Of a stretch of 53,741 nt of DNA, positions 8,165 through 18,618 are shown one piece after another (positions within the stretch are counted from its first letter, which is position 1; each line of letters begins with the position of its first letter). Origin of the DNA: Candidatus Gastranaerophilales bacterium (GTDB lineage: Bacteria; Cyanobacteriota; Vampirovibrionia; Gastranaerophilales; Gastranaerophilaceae); the NCBI GenBank assembly GCA_905236055.1, contig CAJOOA010000095.1:1-53741 (forward strand), given 5' to 3'. A program made the position numbers and the translations under genes. The notes under the pieces were generated by a model. It ran no database searches and was not told the DNA's origin. It saw nothing but the letters and a program-made list of their open reading frames with translations.

Positions 8165-9595
8165 ATGAAATTCAGTAAATACAACATGGTAGTTGAGATG
8201 GATTATGGTTTAATTTTGTATAATTCACGTAATGCGAAATGTGTGCAAATATATGAAGAGCCGGAATTGAGCAGATTTAGAGAACTTTTAGAAACCAATA
8301 CATTTGATCCGAAAAGCAAAATGGTTCAATCTCTTTATAAAAGGGGCTATATCATTGATGATGGGGTAGATGAGTACGCAGAAGCGAAAAAAGAGATTGA
8401 GGAATTGTACGATAGAACCGGCAAGGTTTTGGACATATTGCTGTATGTTACCGAGAATTGTAATTTTAGATGCATATATTGTCCTCAAAAACACGTTGAT
8501 AGGAATTTTTCTCCTGAAAATTGGGAAGCTTTGTATAAATATATTGAAAAAAATTTAGAAAACAAAAAATATAACATTGTAAGAATAGATTTTTTTGGAG
8601 GAGAGCCGCTTTTGCAGTTGAATCCGATGCTAAAATTTTTGGAGAGACTTGATTTATTAAGGAAAAAATACAAAAAAGTCAAATTTATCCATGGGATGAC
8701 GACAAATGCGTATCTTTTAACACCAAAGGTTTACGATAAGCTTGTTAAATATGACGTTTTATCCTACCAAATTACTGTGGATGGATTTGCAGAGACTCAT
8801 GACCAAACAAGACCACTTGCAGGAGGCGGAAGTTCTTGGGAAAAGATTATAGAGAATTTAAAATATATAGATAGCAGAAAAGATGATGCAATGGTTACAT
8901 TTAGAACGAATATTAGCCCTATTAATGTTGATAGAATCGATGAATTTATGAAATGGGCAACTGATACTTTCAAGAGTGCAAAATTTGAATTTGACTTTGA
9001 GCCAGTAGCAAAATTTTCAGACGATGTTGATGAAAAATATGTCAAAAATTGGGATGATGACAACTATATGAAAGAATTGGAAACCAGAATTGCTAAAACT
9101 CCAAGAACAGTCAAAAATGAAAGCACTCCTCTTGTAAGGTTGGGCTTTACTTGTAAATGCGCCAAAAGAGGTAATTTTACTATTGCAGTTGATGGGAAAG
9201 TATCAAAATGTGAACAAACTTATGGTGAGAACTTCTATCATAGTGGTGTTTTGACCCCGGATGGTGATTTTAAGTTCTACGGTGATATTGAAGAATGGGA
9301 AAAAGGGTATGAAACCAAATATTGCCCAGAGTGCATTGCATATCCTCTGTGTGCAGGAAGGGGTTGCCCTGTTAAAAAAGTGCTACAACCTGACAAAAGA
9401 CCAGATTGTATCTATATGGAGACTTCTAAAGGCTCAGTAGAAAAAATGGAACAGCGAATAGAGAAATTCTTGAAAGATAAATTTCCTGTTGTAAGTGACG
9501 ATGACATGGATGAAAAAAATGTTAAAAAGAAAATGGCAGAAATACGTCTTAAAATGAAGAAAAAAGCTTCAAAAACAAAGAAAAAGAAAAAATAA
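8165..9595 (+). CDS. Radical SAM/SPASM domain protein (peptide-maturase type)
   Basis: CNFRCIYC, FFGGEPLL, ITVDG; SPASM cysteines C..DGKVSKC..CPECIAYPLCAGRGC..C; AGGAG RBS. Confidence 0.92.
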   Translation: MKFSKYNMVVEMDYGLILYNSRNAKCVQIYEEPELSRFRELLETNTFDPKSKMVQSLYKRGYIIDDGVDEYAEAKKEIEELYDRTGKVLDILLYVTENCNFRCIYCPQKHVDRNFSPENWEALYKYIEKNLENKKYNIVRIDFFGGEPLLQLNPMLKFLERLDLLRKKYKKVKFIHGMTTNAYLLTPKVYDKLVKYDVLSYQITVDGFAETHDQTRPLAGGGSSWEKIIENLKYIDSRKDDAMVTFRTNISPINVDRIDEFMKWATDTFKSAKFEFDFEPVAKFSDDVDEKYVKNWDDDNYMKELETRIAKTPRTVKNESTPLVRLGFTCKCAKRGNFTIAVDGKVSKCEQTYGENFYHSGVLTPDGDFKFYGDIEEWEKGYETKYCPECIAYPLCAGRGCPVKKVLQPDKRPDCIYMETSKGSVEKMEQRIEKFLKDKFPVVSDDDMDEKNVKKKMAEIRLKMKKKASKTKKKKK

Positions 9596-9764
9596 TTTTA
9601 AGTTTTGTAGCAATTCTTGTGAATGAGCTAAAGTTTGTCTAAAAAATGGCGTACTTTTTTTATTTTCAGCCGATTGTTAATATATGTTACAATAATAATT
9701 TTTTTTAGCAATGTTGATTTAAAATTTGTTTTAATATAAATGTAAAACAAAAACGAGGATTTTT

Positions 9765-9968
9765 ATGTTTCAAACCAGAGTATACGAGAGTACAAAAGGC
9801 AAGAAGCTTAACAAGAATGTAACAGATGTTATTGTTAAGTCACAAGAAGTAGGCATAAATTATACGAAAATAAATGACTCTCAAACATTGGCAAAAGTTA
9901 TGTTTGTAGGTTTAGCAGTAACTTCTATTGTACTTTTTTATCTTGCTATTACATCTTTGATGTTATAA
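9765..9968 (+). CDS. Small protein with a C-terminal transmembrane helix
   Basis: 67 aa, GAGG RBS, hydrophobic tail VMFVGLAVTSIVLFYLAITSLML. Confidence 0.65.
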   Translation: MFQTRVYESTKGKKLNKNVTDVIVKSQEVGINYTKINDSQTLAKVMFVGLAVTSIVLFYLAITSLML

Positions 9969-11855
9969 CTTGGTTTCTGTTGATACTAAAGGACGCCCGA
10001 CAAGGCGTTCTATATTAGCGGCTTCGGTATTGTATTCCAAAAGAGCTTGGTAATATTCAAGCTGAGAATTAAGGTAGGTGTTTTCAGCATCTTTAAGTTC
10101 CATCGCATCTCCATATCCGGCGTTATAACGGCCTGTTGCGTGATAGTTTTGCTCCTTTGCTTGTGCTACGTTCAGCTCTGCTTGCTTAACGGTGTTTTTT
10201 GTATTGCTCAGGTTGATATATGACTGCTTAACATCTAAGTAAACATTGTGTTTTGCACTTTCATAATCAACTAATGCTTTTTCATATGCTTTCTTTGCAA
10301 TATCGTGTTCTTTCTTTATTTGCATTAGGTTTAATCCGGAATAGGTTAAATCCAAACCGACTTGGAAATTAGATTCATCTGTCTTATCAGTTTTTCCTCT
10401 GGAATATGTGCCGTTTGCCATCAAATCCGGAGTATAATTTCTTTTGGCGCTTCTAATTGCAAGATATGCAGCTTCAACGGCTTTTTCCTGTCTTAACAAA
10501 TCCGGTCTTATAGAAAATGCATCTTGAAGCAATGTTTCTAAATCGGTGTTGTATTCATATGTCGGCAAAGAATCTGAAAGTTCGAAATTGGCAAATGCCG
10601 GAAGCCCCATAGTGTTAGCCAAACTAACTCTTGCAACTTCAAGTGTATTAATTGCTTTCACCAAATTAAGTTTCGCATTACCCAAGTTGTACTCTGCGGT
10701 TGTTACGTCAATTTGTGGCTTCTTACCAATTTCAAAATATTTTTTCGCTACTTTTAATTGGAATTCAAAATCTTCAATTGTATTTCGGTAAACTTCTATT
10801 TGTTTTTGTGCAAATAAAAGGTTGTAATATGCAATTTTCACCGCATATACGACTTCATTTATGGAACTTTCCAACTCAAATTTACTAGCTTCATAATCAG
10901 TCTTTGCAATATCAACATTTGTTTTGGTTTTTCCAAAATCAAAAAGCATTAAACCGGCTGAAACATTCGGGATGTAATGGCTGTTGTAACCGTGTGAGTA
11001 ATGATCAATTTTGTTGTGATACCTGTTATAGCCGATTCCTGCCGAAAGATTCGGGAAATATGCTGCCCAGGCCTGTACAATTCGGTCTTTATATACATCT
11101 GTACTAAGTTTTGCGGATAAAATATCCGGATGTTTTGCGATGGCTATTCCGATACAATCCTTTAAGGAAAGTTGTACTGCCGGTGTAAAGGTTTCATTTG
11201 GGTTGGTGTTTTCTATTTCATCGATTAATTTATCAACAGCCCTGTTATCTCCTTTGATTACCATGCTGTAAGAACCATCGGAATTTTCAACTATATCTTT
11301 TTCTTTATAGAAATCCTTTAGAGTTGAGAGTTCTTTTCTTTTATACTTGTCTAAATATATATCATTTTCTGTATCATGATTTAAATAATCACTGGATTCT
11401 ATGATATTTTCTATTTTTGTGAGTTTGTGTTCTTTCTCATATGCTTGTTCTTCGGAAAGTTTGTTTTTCCTAAACAATCCTCTCTTTTTGGTTTGTCCAC
11501 TTTGCGCAGTTTCTTCAGCTGTTTCATAACAACTTTCTGATTCTGTTAAGTCGATGTTTGTATTTTGGTCTTTATGAAAACGGGATTTTATTTTGTTTTT
11601 AAAACTTGTTTTTTGCTCATTCTGAGTATTTATAACAGCAGGATAAACTACTGGAACATCTGCTTCGGCTTCACTGTCTGCTGTTGCATCTGAAGTATTA
11701 TCAGCAGCTTTTATTTCTGTATCGGCACTTTGTACCGGAGCGGTCTTTTTATGAAAAATCTTTCCTACCGAAAAGTCACCTGCTTCAATTTGTGAGCCGG
11801 CAGACAATGATAAAATACCAACTACCAATAATGTTTTAAATATACTTTTCTTCAT
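9963..11855 (-). CDS. TolC-family outer membrane efflux protein with a long N-terminal extension
   Basis: Signal peptide from MKKSIF (11855; 11861 also possible, ORF track start 11930). OEP domain from LSLKDCIGIAIAKHPDI to LVGRPL; last gene of the MFP-RND operon. Confidence 0.88.
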   Translation of the reverse strand: MKKSIFKTLLVVGILSLSAGSQIEAGDFSVGKIFHKKTAPVQSADTEIKAADNTSDATADSEAEADVPVVYPAVINTQNEQKTSFKNKIKSRFHKDQNTNIDLTESESCYETAEETAQSGQTKKRGLFRKNKLSEEQAYEKEHKLTKIENIIESSDYLNHDTENDIYLDKYKRKELSTLKDFYKEKDIVENSDGSYSMVIKGDNRAVDKLIDEIENTNPNETFTPAVQLSLKDCIGIAIAKHPDILSAKLSTDVYKDRIVQAWAAYFPNLSAGIGYNRYHNKIDHYSHGYNSHYIPNVSAGLMLFDFGKTKTNVDIAKTDYEASKFELESSINEVVYAVKIAYYNLLFAQKQIEVYRNTIEDFEFQLKVAKKYFEIGKKPQIDVTTAEYNLGNAKLNLVKAINTLEVARVSLANTMGLPAFANFELSDSLPTYEYNTDLETLLQDAFSIRPDLLRQEKAVEAAYLAIRSAKRNYTPDLMANGTYSRGKTDKTDESNFQVGLDLTYSGLNLMQIKKEHDIAKKAYEKALVDYESAKHNVYLDVKQSYINLSNTKNTVKQAELNVAQAKEQNYHATGRYNAGYGDAMELKDAENTYLNSQLEYYQALLEYNTEAANIERLVGRPLVSTETKL

Positions 11856-14800
11856 TTCCATTGAAACTTCCGTTATCTTCTTCATTATAATACTCTTCTT
11901 CAATTTTTTTCTTATAAACTTTATCAACAAAAGATTGAATCATTGCGTAGAACCCTGGAGTCAGTATAGCACCAATACTAACAGTAGTCAGCATGCCTCC
12001 GAATACGGTTGCTGCCAAAGAAATCCTGCTGTTTGCACTGGGGCCAGTTGCAAATAACATTGGAATTACACCGATCAAGAAAGAAAGCTCCGTCATCAAA
12101 ATTGCTCTGAAACGAATTTTTGCAGCTAATATTGCCGCATTTTGTATATTAAGGTTTCCTGTCTCTTTCTGAGCCATTGCAAATTCAACAAAAAGTATTG
12201 ATTGTTTCGCAGCCAGTCCTATTAAAGTAATTATACCTATTTGAGAATATAGGTTGAAAGACTGTCCCAGCATTAGTTGGAATATCAACGCTCCTACTAT
12301 AGAAACAGGCGCTACTATTAGTACTACAATAGGTATAGACCAACTATCATACAATGCTACAAGGAAGAAATATATGAACAACAGGGCAAGGCAAATGATT
12401 CCAACGGTTTGCCTTGAAGATTCAATTTCCATTAAAGAATCTCCGGACCATTCGTAACTCATACCTTTTGGTAGGATTGCATTTGCACATGTTTCCAGTT
12501 CTTTTATAGCTTGTCCGGTTGTGACTCTTTCCGAATGTTCTCCGGCAATAGTAACGGAACGATTCTGGTTAAAGCGGGTTATTTCCGTAGTACTATTTTT
12601 TTCTTCTAAATCAATAACTGTTGTTATTGGTACCATAACTCCATTCATACTTCTTACATATATTTTGTTAAGGTCATTTTTATTTCTTCTAAACAGTTCA
12701 TCTGCTTGCATGGTTACACTGTAGTTTTTGCCGTTTCTGGAAAAATTGCCTACAGCACTTGAACCTATATATGTCGAAAGCGTTGATGTCAGCTCCTGCA
12801 CGCTAATATTTAGCGCCATCGCTTTTTTATAATCTATGCGCATAATGTACAGTGGGTATGTTCCTGAATATGTATTATATAAATAATCAAAGCTATCGCT
12901 ATTTTTCAGACTGTTTACTATTTTATCAGCATATTTGGATATTTCTTCGAGAGAATATTCATCAGAGCCGACGATATTAAACTCTAGACCTGAGGAATTT
13001 TGTGACATTGATTGAGGGCTATAAGCGTATATTTGCGCACCGTTAATGCTCTTCATATCTTTGCTTATTTCTGTTTGAATTGAAACATTTGATAAACTTG
13101 TCGGTTGTTTATTGATTGCTCGAACTATTTTTTGCAATAAATTTAAATTTCTGTCGTGCCAATCATTTAATTGTACATATATTTGAAAACTATTTTTACT
13201 TCCCATTACTAAGAGTTTTTTGGGATTTACTCCTTCAATTATACTAAGTTTATCTACTACTTGTTTTGCAATATCTTTACTTCTTTGTAAAGTTGACCCT
13301 TCGTTGATATTTGCCTGAACATATATCAAGCCCTGATCTTCATTTGGAACAAAAGACTTGGGCAATAGTTGGTATGCAACGACCATTAAGAAGATTACAC
13401 AAACATACGCGCCTATAGTTATTTTAGGGTTATAAACAAAAACTTTTACACACTCAGTGTACATTTCGCCAAGCTTATTGAATAATTTATTGAAGAGGTA
13501 ATAACACTTTGAAAAAACGCCTTTTTTACCTTGTTCAAATAATTCGAAATCGCTATCCTTATTTAACATGACAGAAGTCATGGCTGGGGATAGTGTAAGA
13601 GCGCAAATGGCTGATATGATTATTGATGCAGATAGGAATACTGCAAATTGTTTATATAGTATACCCGTGAACCCACCAATAAAACATATTGGGAAAAATA
13701 CTGTCATAAGAATTAATGACATCGTAACGAGGGTTACACCTACTTCTTCCATAGTTAATTGGGTAGCACGTTTTGGTGTACAACCTTCTTTTATAAATCT
13801 GTTAACATTTTCAACTACAACTATTGCATCATCCACGACGACAGAAACTGCCAAAATGAGTGCAAAAAGGGTAAGCATGTTAATTGACATTTTAAATAAA
13901 TAGAGTATGCTAAAGGCACCTATCAGTGAAACAGGAATTGTTACACATGGTACTAAAGTAGAGACACCATTTCCAAGAAACAGTAAAATTACTAAAATTA
14001 CAATAATTACGGTTATGAAGATAGTCATCACAACTTCATTTACAGATTCTTTCATGTAAACTGCACTGTCATATATGACACTTAATTCCAATTCTTTTGG
14101 CAGCCATTTTGAAATTTGTCCTACTTTTTGGTTAAGCTTATTAGAAAGATCTACCATATTAACACCGGCACTTGGCATAATTTGAATAAGTATAGTATTC
14201 TTATCTCCAACCATTGCAAATGAATCATATGCGGTGGATCCCAATTCTATATCAGCTATATCTGATAGTAAAATTTGTCCAAGATTTGATTCTGATTTAA
14301 TAACAACATTTTTAAAATCATCTGCAGAGGATAGTAAATTGTCCGCCTTAATCAGCATTTGGATATGTTGAGGTGTTTTCATAGGCGGAGCGCCAAGGGT
14401 ACCAACTACAAACTGTCTGTTTTGTTCATTTAATGCATATTCAACATCGGAAGTAGATATCCCAAGTGCTGCCATCTTTTGAGGATTTAACCATATTCTC
14501 ATAGAATAGTCTCCGCTTCCGGTTAGGACCGCATCAGAGACGCCGTTTACCATTTTTAATTTATCCAAAATGTTGGATTTGGCATAATTTGCCAAATCCA
14601 CATGTTCCCAATTGTCATCTTTTGATGCAAGATTTAATATAATAGCACCCTTATCCCCTGATGTGGTTACGGCTTCAACTCCTTCTTGTTGAACCTGCGC
14701 AGGTAATTGGAAGTTTATTTCTTGTAATTGGTTCTTTACGTTCAATAAATTTACATCTTTATCAGAACCGCTGTTAAAAAATATTTCTGCATTATAGTAT

Positions 14801-15063
14801 CCGTCACCGCACATTGATGAAATATATTTTATGTTTTCCAAACCGGCCATACTTGCTTCAATTACATTGGCAACAGTCGTTTCCATTATGCTAGCACTAG
14901 CACCGGTGTAAGATGTTGATATATAAACTCTTGGCGAATTGGTATCAGGATAAATTTCTTGCGCCAAATTTTTCATTGAAATATACCCTAAAATAACAAT
15001 AATTAGCGAAAGAACAATCGCTATCCTAGTTTTTCTTATAAAAAAATACCAATTCTTTTTCAT
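11836..15063 (-). CDS. RND efflux permease (AcrB/HAE1 family)
   Basis: 1075 aa; SMRIWLNP, TM4 VVDDAIVVVENV, TM10 GLAAKQSIL, RFRAILMT. Confidence 0.95.
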   Translation of the reverse strand: MKKNWYFFIRKTRIAIVLSLIIVILGYISMKNLAQEIYPDTNSPRVYISTSYTGASASIMETTVANVIEASMAGLENIKYISSMCGDGYYNAEIFFNSGSDKDVNLLNVKNQLQEINFQLPAQVQQEGVEAVTTSGDKGAIILNLASKDDNWEHVDLANYAKSNILDKLKMVNGVSDAVLTGSGDYSMRIWLNPQKMAALGISTSDVEYALNEQNRQFVVGTLGAPPMKTPQHIQMLIKADNLLSSADDFKNVVIKSESNLGQILLSDIADIELGSTAYDSFAMVGDKNTILIQIMPSAGVNMVDLSNKLNQKVGQISKWLPKELELSVIYDSAVYMKESVNEVVMTIFITVIIVILVILLFLGNGVSTLVPCVTIPVSLIGAFSILYLFKMSINMLTLFALILAVSVVVDDAIVVVENVNRFIKEGCTPKRATQLTMEEVGVTLVTMSLILMTVFFPICFIGGFTGILYKQFAVFLSASIIISAICALTLSPAMTSVMLNKDSDFELFEQGKKGVFSKCYYLFNKLFNKLGEMYTECVKVFVYNPKITIGAYVCVIFLMVVAYQLLPKSFVPNEDQGLIYVQANINEGSTLQRSKDIAKQVVDKLSIIEGVNPKKLLVMGSKNSFQIYVQLNDWHDRNLNLLQKIVRAINKQPTSLSNVSIQTEISKDMKSINGAQIYAYSPQSMSQNSSGLEFNIVGSDEYSLEEISKYADKIVNSLKNSDSFDYLYNTYSGTYPLYIMRIDYKKAMALNISVQELTSTLSTYIGSSAVGNFSRNGKNYSVTMQADELFRRNKNDLNKIYVRSMNGVMVPITTVIDLEEKNSTTEITRFNQNRSVTIAGEHSERVTTGQAIKELETCANAILPKGMSYEWSGDSLMEIESSRQTVGIICLALLFIYFFLVALYDSWSIPIVVLIVAPVSIVGALIFQLMLGQSFNLYSQIGIITLIGLAAKQSILFVEFAMAQKETGNLNIQNAAILAAKIRFRAILMTELSFLIGVIPMLFATGPSANSRISLAATVFGGMLTTVSIGAILTPGFYAMIQSFVDKVYKKKIEEEYYNEEDNGSFNGNEEKYI

Positions 15064-16373
15064 TGTGTAGCGCTATCCTGTTTTTTACTAGTTTTAATTA
15101 ACACCGGTATTCTTTCCATGTCAATGGGTTCATTTGAAGATTTAATAACATCATCTTCGGCAGTAACACCACTTTCTACAATCCAATCACTGCCTTCACT
15201 ACCGCTAACTGTAATTCTGTTTTTATGAGTTTCTCCATCTTTAACTGTCCACAGATAATAACCGTTCAAAGCATCCCCGTGAGTAATAGCTTGTGGTACG
15301 AGAAGTTTATTATGTGGTTCTTTAGATGTTATGATAACTCTTACGTAATCGCCAGGTATTAATATATTGTCATGATTTTGAAAAACTGCTCTAAGTGATA
15401 ATGATGCTACTTGGGAAGAAACTACGTTATCAGAAAATATAATTTTCCCGATTTTGTCATATTTAGTGTCATCAGATAATAAAAGTTCCACTTTTGCCGT
15501 GTTAATATCAAGATTATTATTCCCGTGTTTCATCTTTAATACATCAGAACTTTTCATACTAAAATCAACACAAATCGGATCCATTTTTGCAATAGTTACT
15601 AAAGGACCTGATTGTAATCCGACATAATTACCATCGCTCATGTTGATTTTACCTGCTTTTCCTGCCATTGGGGCGTAGATATTTGTATAGCTTAAATTTA
15701 ATCTCGCTCTGGCCAGTGATTGATTGGCCGCATCTAAGGATGCCTTTTGGCTATTTGCAGCAGCGACTATTGAATCATAATCCGAACGGCTTATAAAGTT
15801 TTCTTTTACAAGTTCTTTGGCTCTTTCCAGCTCTTGAATTGAGTTGGTATAAAGCGCCATTGCTTGTGCTACTTCTGCCTCTGCCGCTCTCACGGAAATC
15901 TTATATTCGTTAGGTTCGATGGTGAATAATAATTGCCCTTTTCTTACAAAGTCGCCTTCTTTAAAGTATGTCTTTTCAAGATAACCGTCAACTCTTGCAA
16001 CTATATCTACCGAAGATTCTGCGCTAATTAAACCAGTAATTTCACTTTTATCATACAAATTTTTGTAACTAAGCTTTGTTGTTTTAACTCTTAAAGGGTT
16101 TCTTGTTGAGGTGGTACAGTAATCATTGATATAATTACGTATATTGTGGTAAAAAATCGGTATTGTAACCAAGCTGAAAATTATTGCCCATGTCAGAACA
16201 ATTTTGCTGATTTTCTTTTCGTCTGGCTTATCTATTTCTACAGATACGTATGATTGTGTGTCAAAAGCTAATTTTTCCTCTTCTCCTAGATCAATCTTCT
16301 TAAGACCTATATCGTCTGAATTTTCCCACTCTTCTTGCATTAAATCTTCCCCAAACCAATTGTGTCCATCCAT
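15060..16373 (-). CDS. RND periplasmic adaptor (membrane fusion protein, AcrA-like)
   Basis: ARVDGYL..FKEGDFVRKGQLLFTIEP, coiled coil, LNLSYTNIYAPMAG; ATGA overlap with the RND gene; acidic N-terminus then one TM helix. Confidence 0.93.
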   Translation of the reverse strand: MDGHNWFGEDLMQEEWENSDDIGLKKIDLGEEEKLAFDTQSYVSVEIDKPDEKKISKIVLTWAIIFSLVTIPIFYHNIRNYINDYCTTSTRNPLRVKTTKLSYKNLYDKSEITGLISAESSVDIVARVDGYLEKTYFKEGDFVRKGQLLFTIEPNEYKISVRAAEAEVAQAMALYTNSIQELERAKELVKENFISRSDYDSIVAAANSQKASLDAANQSLARARLNLSYTNIYAPMAGKAGKINMSDGNYVGLQSGPLVTIAKMDPICVDFSMKSSDVLKMKHGNNNLDINTAKVELLLSDDTKYDKIGKIIFSDNVVSSQVASLSLRAVFQNHDNILIPGDYVRVIITSKEPHNKLLVPQAITHGDALNGYYLWTVKDGETHKNRITVSGSEGSDWIVESGVTAEDDVIKSSNEPIDMERIPVLIKTSKKQDSATQ

Positions 16374-16504
16374 TATATTCTAACATAGCGATATGTTTTT
16401 AGCAAACACTGGATATGTTGTTATATGCTAATATGAATATTGGTTTTAAACTTTTTCCCCGGTTTGCCAATAGATATTTTTTTTTGATATTACAGAATTG
16501 CAAT

Positions 16505-17155
16505 ATGAAGAATTTTATTGTTTTTTGTTTGCTTTTATTCAGTGGGCCTTGTTATGCGTTTGACAGAGAAGAACATGCAATCATATCTTTATATAAAAAA
16601 ATTAATCCGGCGATCGTTTGTATAGATTCACAAATTAATCATGGTATTTCTTGCGGAACCGGTTGTATTATAGACAAATCAGGTTTGATTTTAACGAGTG
16701 CTCATGTTATTGAAGCAGGAGAAAATATTATAGTTACTATGTCAAACGGACAAAATTATTCCGCAAAAGTGGTAAAACGTTTTGATAAAAACGAAGACAT
16801 TATTTTGTTAAAAATTTCAACTTCCGAAGAATTGAAAACTGTAAAGTTTGGTGATTCTGAAAAAATAAAAGTCGGTCAAAAGGTCTTGGCCATTGGCAAC
16901 CCGTTTGGTTTTAACGGTACTTTGACGCAGGGCATTATTTCAAGAATCGATTATGTAAAAAATCGAATTCAAACTGATGCGGCGATAAATCCCGGTTCTT
17001 CCGGCGGGCCGTTATTGAATAAGCACGGAGAAATAATCGGTATAAATCAAGCAATATTTAATCCTGACAATAATATTTCAAATATAGGAATTGGGTTTGC
17101 TATACCAATTAATGCCATAAAAGAATGTTTGAAAACAAAACGAGACAATGTTTAA
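16505..17155 (+). CDS. Trypsin-like (HtrA/S1C) serine protease without PDZ domain
   Basis: LTSAHV, DIILLKI, IQTDAAINPGSSGGPL; signal peptide from ATG 16505 (ORF track start 16415). Confidence 0.9.
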   Translation: MKNFIVFCLLLFSGPCYAFDREEHAIISLYKKINPAIVCIDSQINHGISCGTGCIIDKSGLILTSAHVIEAGENIIVTMSNGQNYSAKVVKRFDKNEDIILLKISTSEELKTVKFGDSEKIKVGQKVLAIGNPFGFNGTLTQGIISRIDYVKNRIQTDAAINPGSSGGPLLNKHGEIIGINQAIFNPDNNISNIGIGFAIPINAIKECLKTKRDNV

Positions 17156-17259
17156 TTGTAAAGAATTGTACCAAATTTTACAAACTTGATTATTTTTTGA
17201 CAATATATTACAATGGTTTATACTTTTTGGGATGAGAATATTATAGGACATTTTTATAT

Positions 17260-17829
17260 ATGAGAAAAGCTTTATTAATTGTGTCAGTACTGTTTATAGC
17301 AGTGATTTCGACAGCTTGTATCAACAACATTGCCGTACAGGAGCTTAATAATAAAGCAAACGAATTTATGATGAAGGGTGATTACGAGTCAGCTATGAAT
17401 CGTTTGCAGGCAAGTATCGATTTGGATGCGACAATGTATGAAACATATTATAATCTTGGAATTGCGGCAACAAATGCCAAAAAATACGAAACAGCTATTG
17501 AAGCATTTGAAAACGGTATTAAATTAAAACCGTCTCACGCTGATTTCTACTATTCCTTAGGTGTTGCTCAATCATCTTATGCAGATTCACTTGTTGAGGA
17601 TTCAATTTATGATGAAGAAAAGGGTGAAACAATCAAAAAGAAAGTTACGGATGAAGATAAATCAAAAGCAGAAGCTTTAAAAATAGCTGCACTTGAAAAC
17701 TTAAAAAAATATCTTGAAATGGAACCCAAAGCCGAAGACAGAGAAACGGTTGAAGAACTTATAAAAGATTGCGAAAATTTCGGTAAAGAAGTACCTCCGA
17801 CTCAAACAAAAGTAATAGAAGTGGAATAA
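17260..17829 (+). CDS. TPR-repeat protein, probable lipoprotein
   Basis: Signal peptide ending STAC; TPR motifs YYNLGIA and YYSLGVA. Confidence 0.8.
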   Translation: MRKALLIVSVLFIAVISTACINNIAVQELNNKANEFMMKGDYESAMNRLQASIDLDATMYETYYNLGIAATNAKKYETAIEAFENGIKLKPSHADFYYSLGVAQSSYADSLVEDSIYDEEKGETIKKKVTDEDKSKAEALKIAALENLKKYLEMEPKAEDRETVEELIKDCENFGKEVPPTQTKVIEVE

Positions 17830-17832
17830 TAG

Positions 17833-18618
17833 ATGTTCGCGTCACCGTCACAAATAATTTGTACAGTTTTTGGGGTAAATATCTATTTTTACGGTGTTAT
17901 TTTGGCGTTAGCAATTCTTGCCGGTACATTCGTTTCCGAATACATTGGAACAAAGTATTGGGAGCTTAATAAAGAAACAATTATTGATTTAGCTCCATAC
18001 CTTATAATATCGGGAATTATAGGAGCACGGCTTTATTATTGCTTGCTTAATTATGATTTTTATTTAAGATTCCCTACTGAAATACTCGCAATCAGACATG
18101 GCGGTATTTCAATCCATGGTGCAATATTAGGTGGACTTATAGGTCTTTATATTTTTGCTAAAAAACATAAAATGTCTTTTTTAAAACTTGCCGATGTTTC
18201 ATCAGTAGGGCTTGTTTTTGCACAAGCAATAGGAAGATGGGGGAACTTTTTTAATTCCGAAGCGTTTGGATATCCAACCGAGCTTCCGTGGAAACTTTAT
18301 ATTGCACCGCAATACCGACCTGTTCCATACCAAGGATGCGAATATTTTCATCCGACTTTCTTGTATGAAAGTATTCTCGATCTGATTATCTTTGGAATTT
18401 TGTTGTTAATTAGACGTAAAATAATTAATAAAGATGGGAATTTGGCATTAATATATTTAATTCTGTATTCAGTTGCAAGAATAATTGTTGAGAAATGCAG
18501 AATTGATAGTGTTTTGTATCTTCAAGGGATTCCCATTGCAATTATTATTTCTGTTATAATTATATTTGTATCTGGGATTTTGCTTTTGATAAGAAATTTA
18601 CCCCGAAAGGAAAGATAA
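17833..18618 (+). CDS. lgt: Prolipoprotein diacylglyceryl transferase
   Basis: GARLYY, GGISIHGA, GRWGNFFNSEAFG, HPTFLYES. Confidence 0.96.
   Translation: MFASPSQIICTVFGVNIYFYGVILALAILAGTFVSEYIGTKYWELNKETIIDLAPYLIISGIIGARLYYCLLNYDFYLRFPTEILAIRHGGISIHGAILGGLIGLYIFAKKHKMSFLKLADVSSVGLVFAQAIGRWGNFFNSEAFGYPTELPWKLYIAPQYRPVPYQGCEYFHPTFLYESILDLIIFGILLLIRRKIINKDGNLALIYLILYSVARIIVEKCRIDSVLYLQGIPIAIIISVIIIFVSGILLLIRNLPRKER

Noticed and set aside
9765-9968. 67-aa ORF as the rSAM precursor peptide
   Set aside because: No Cys or Trp, no double-glycine leader or repeats, and it ends in a TM helix. Not excluded, but unsupported.
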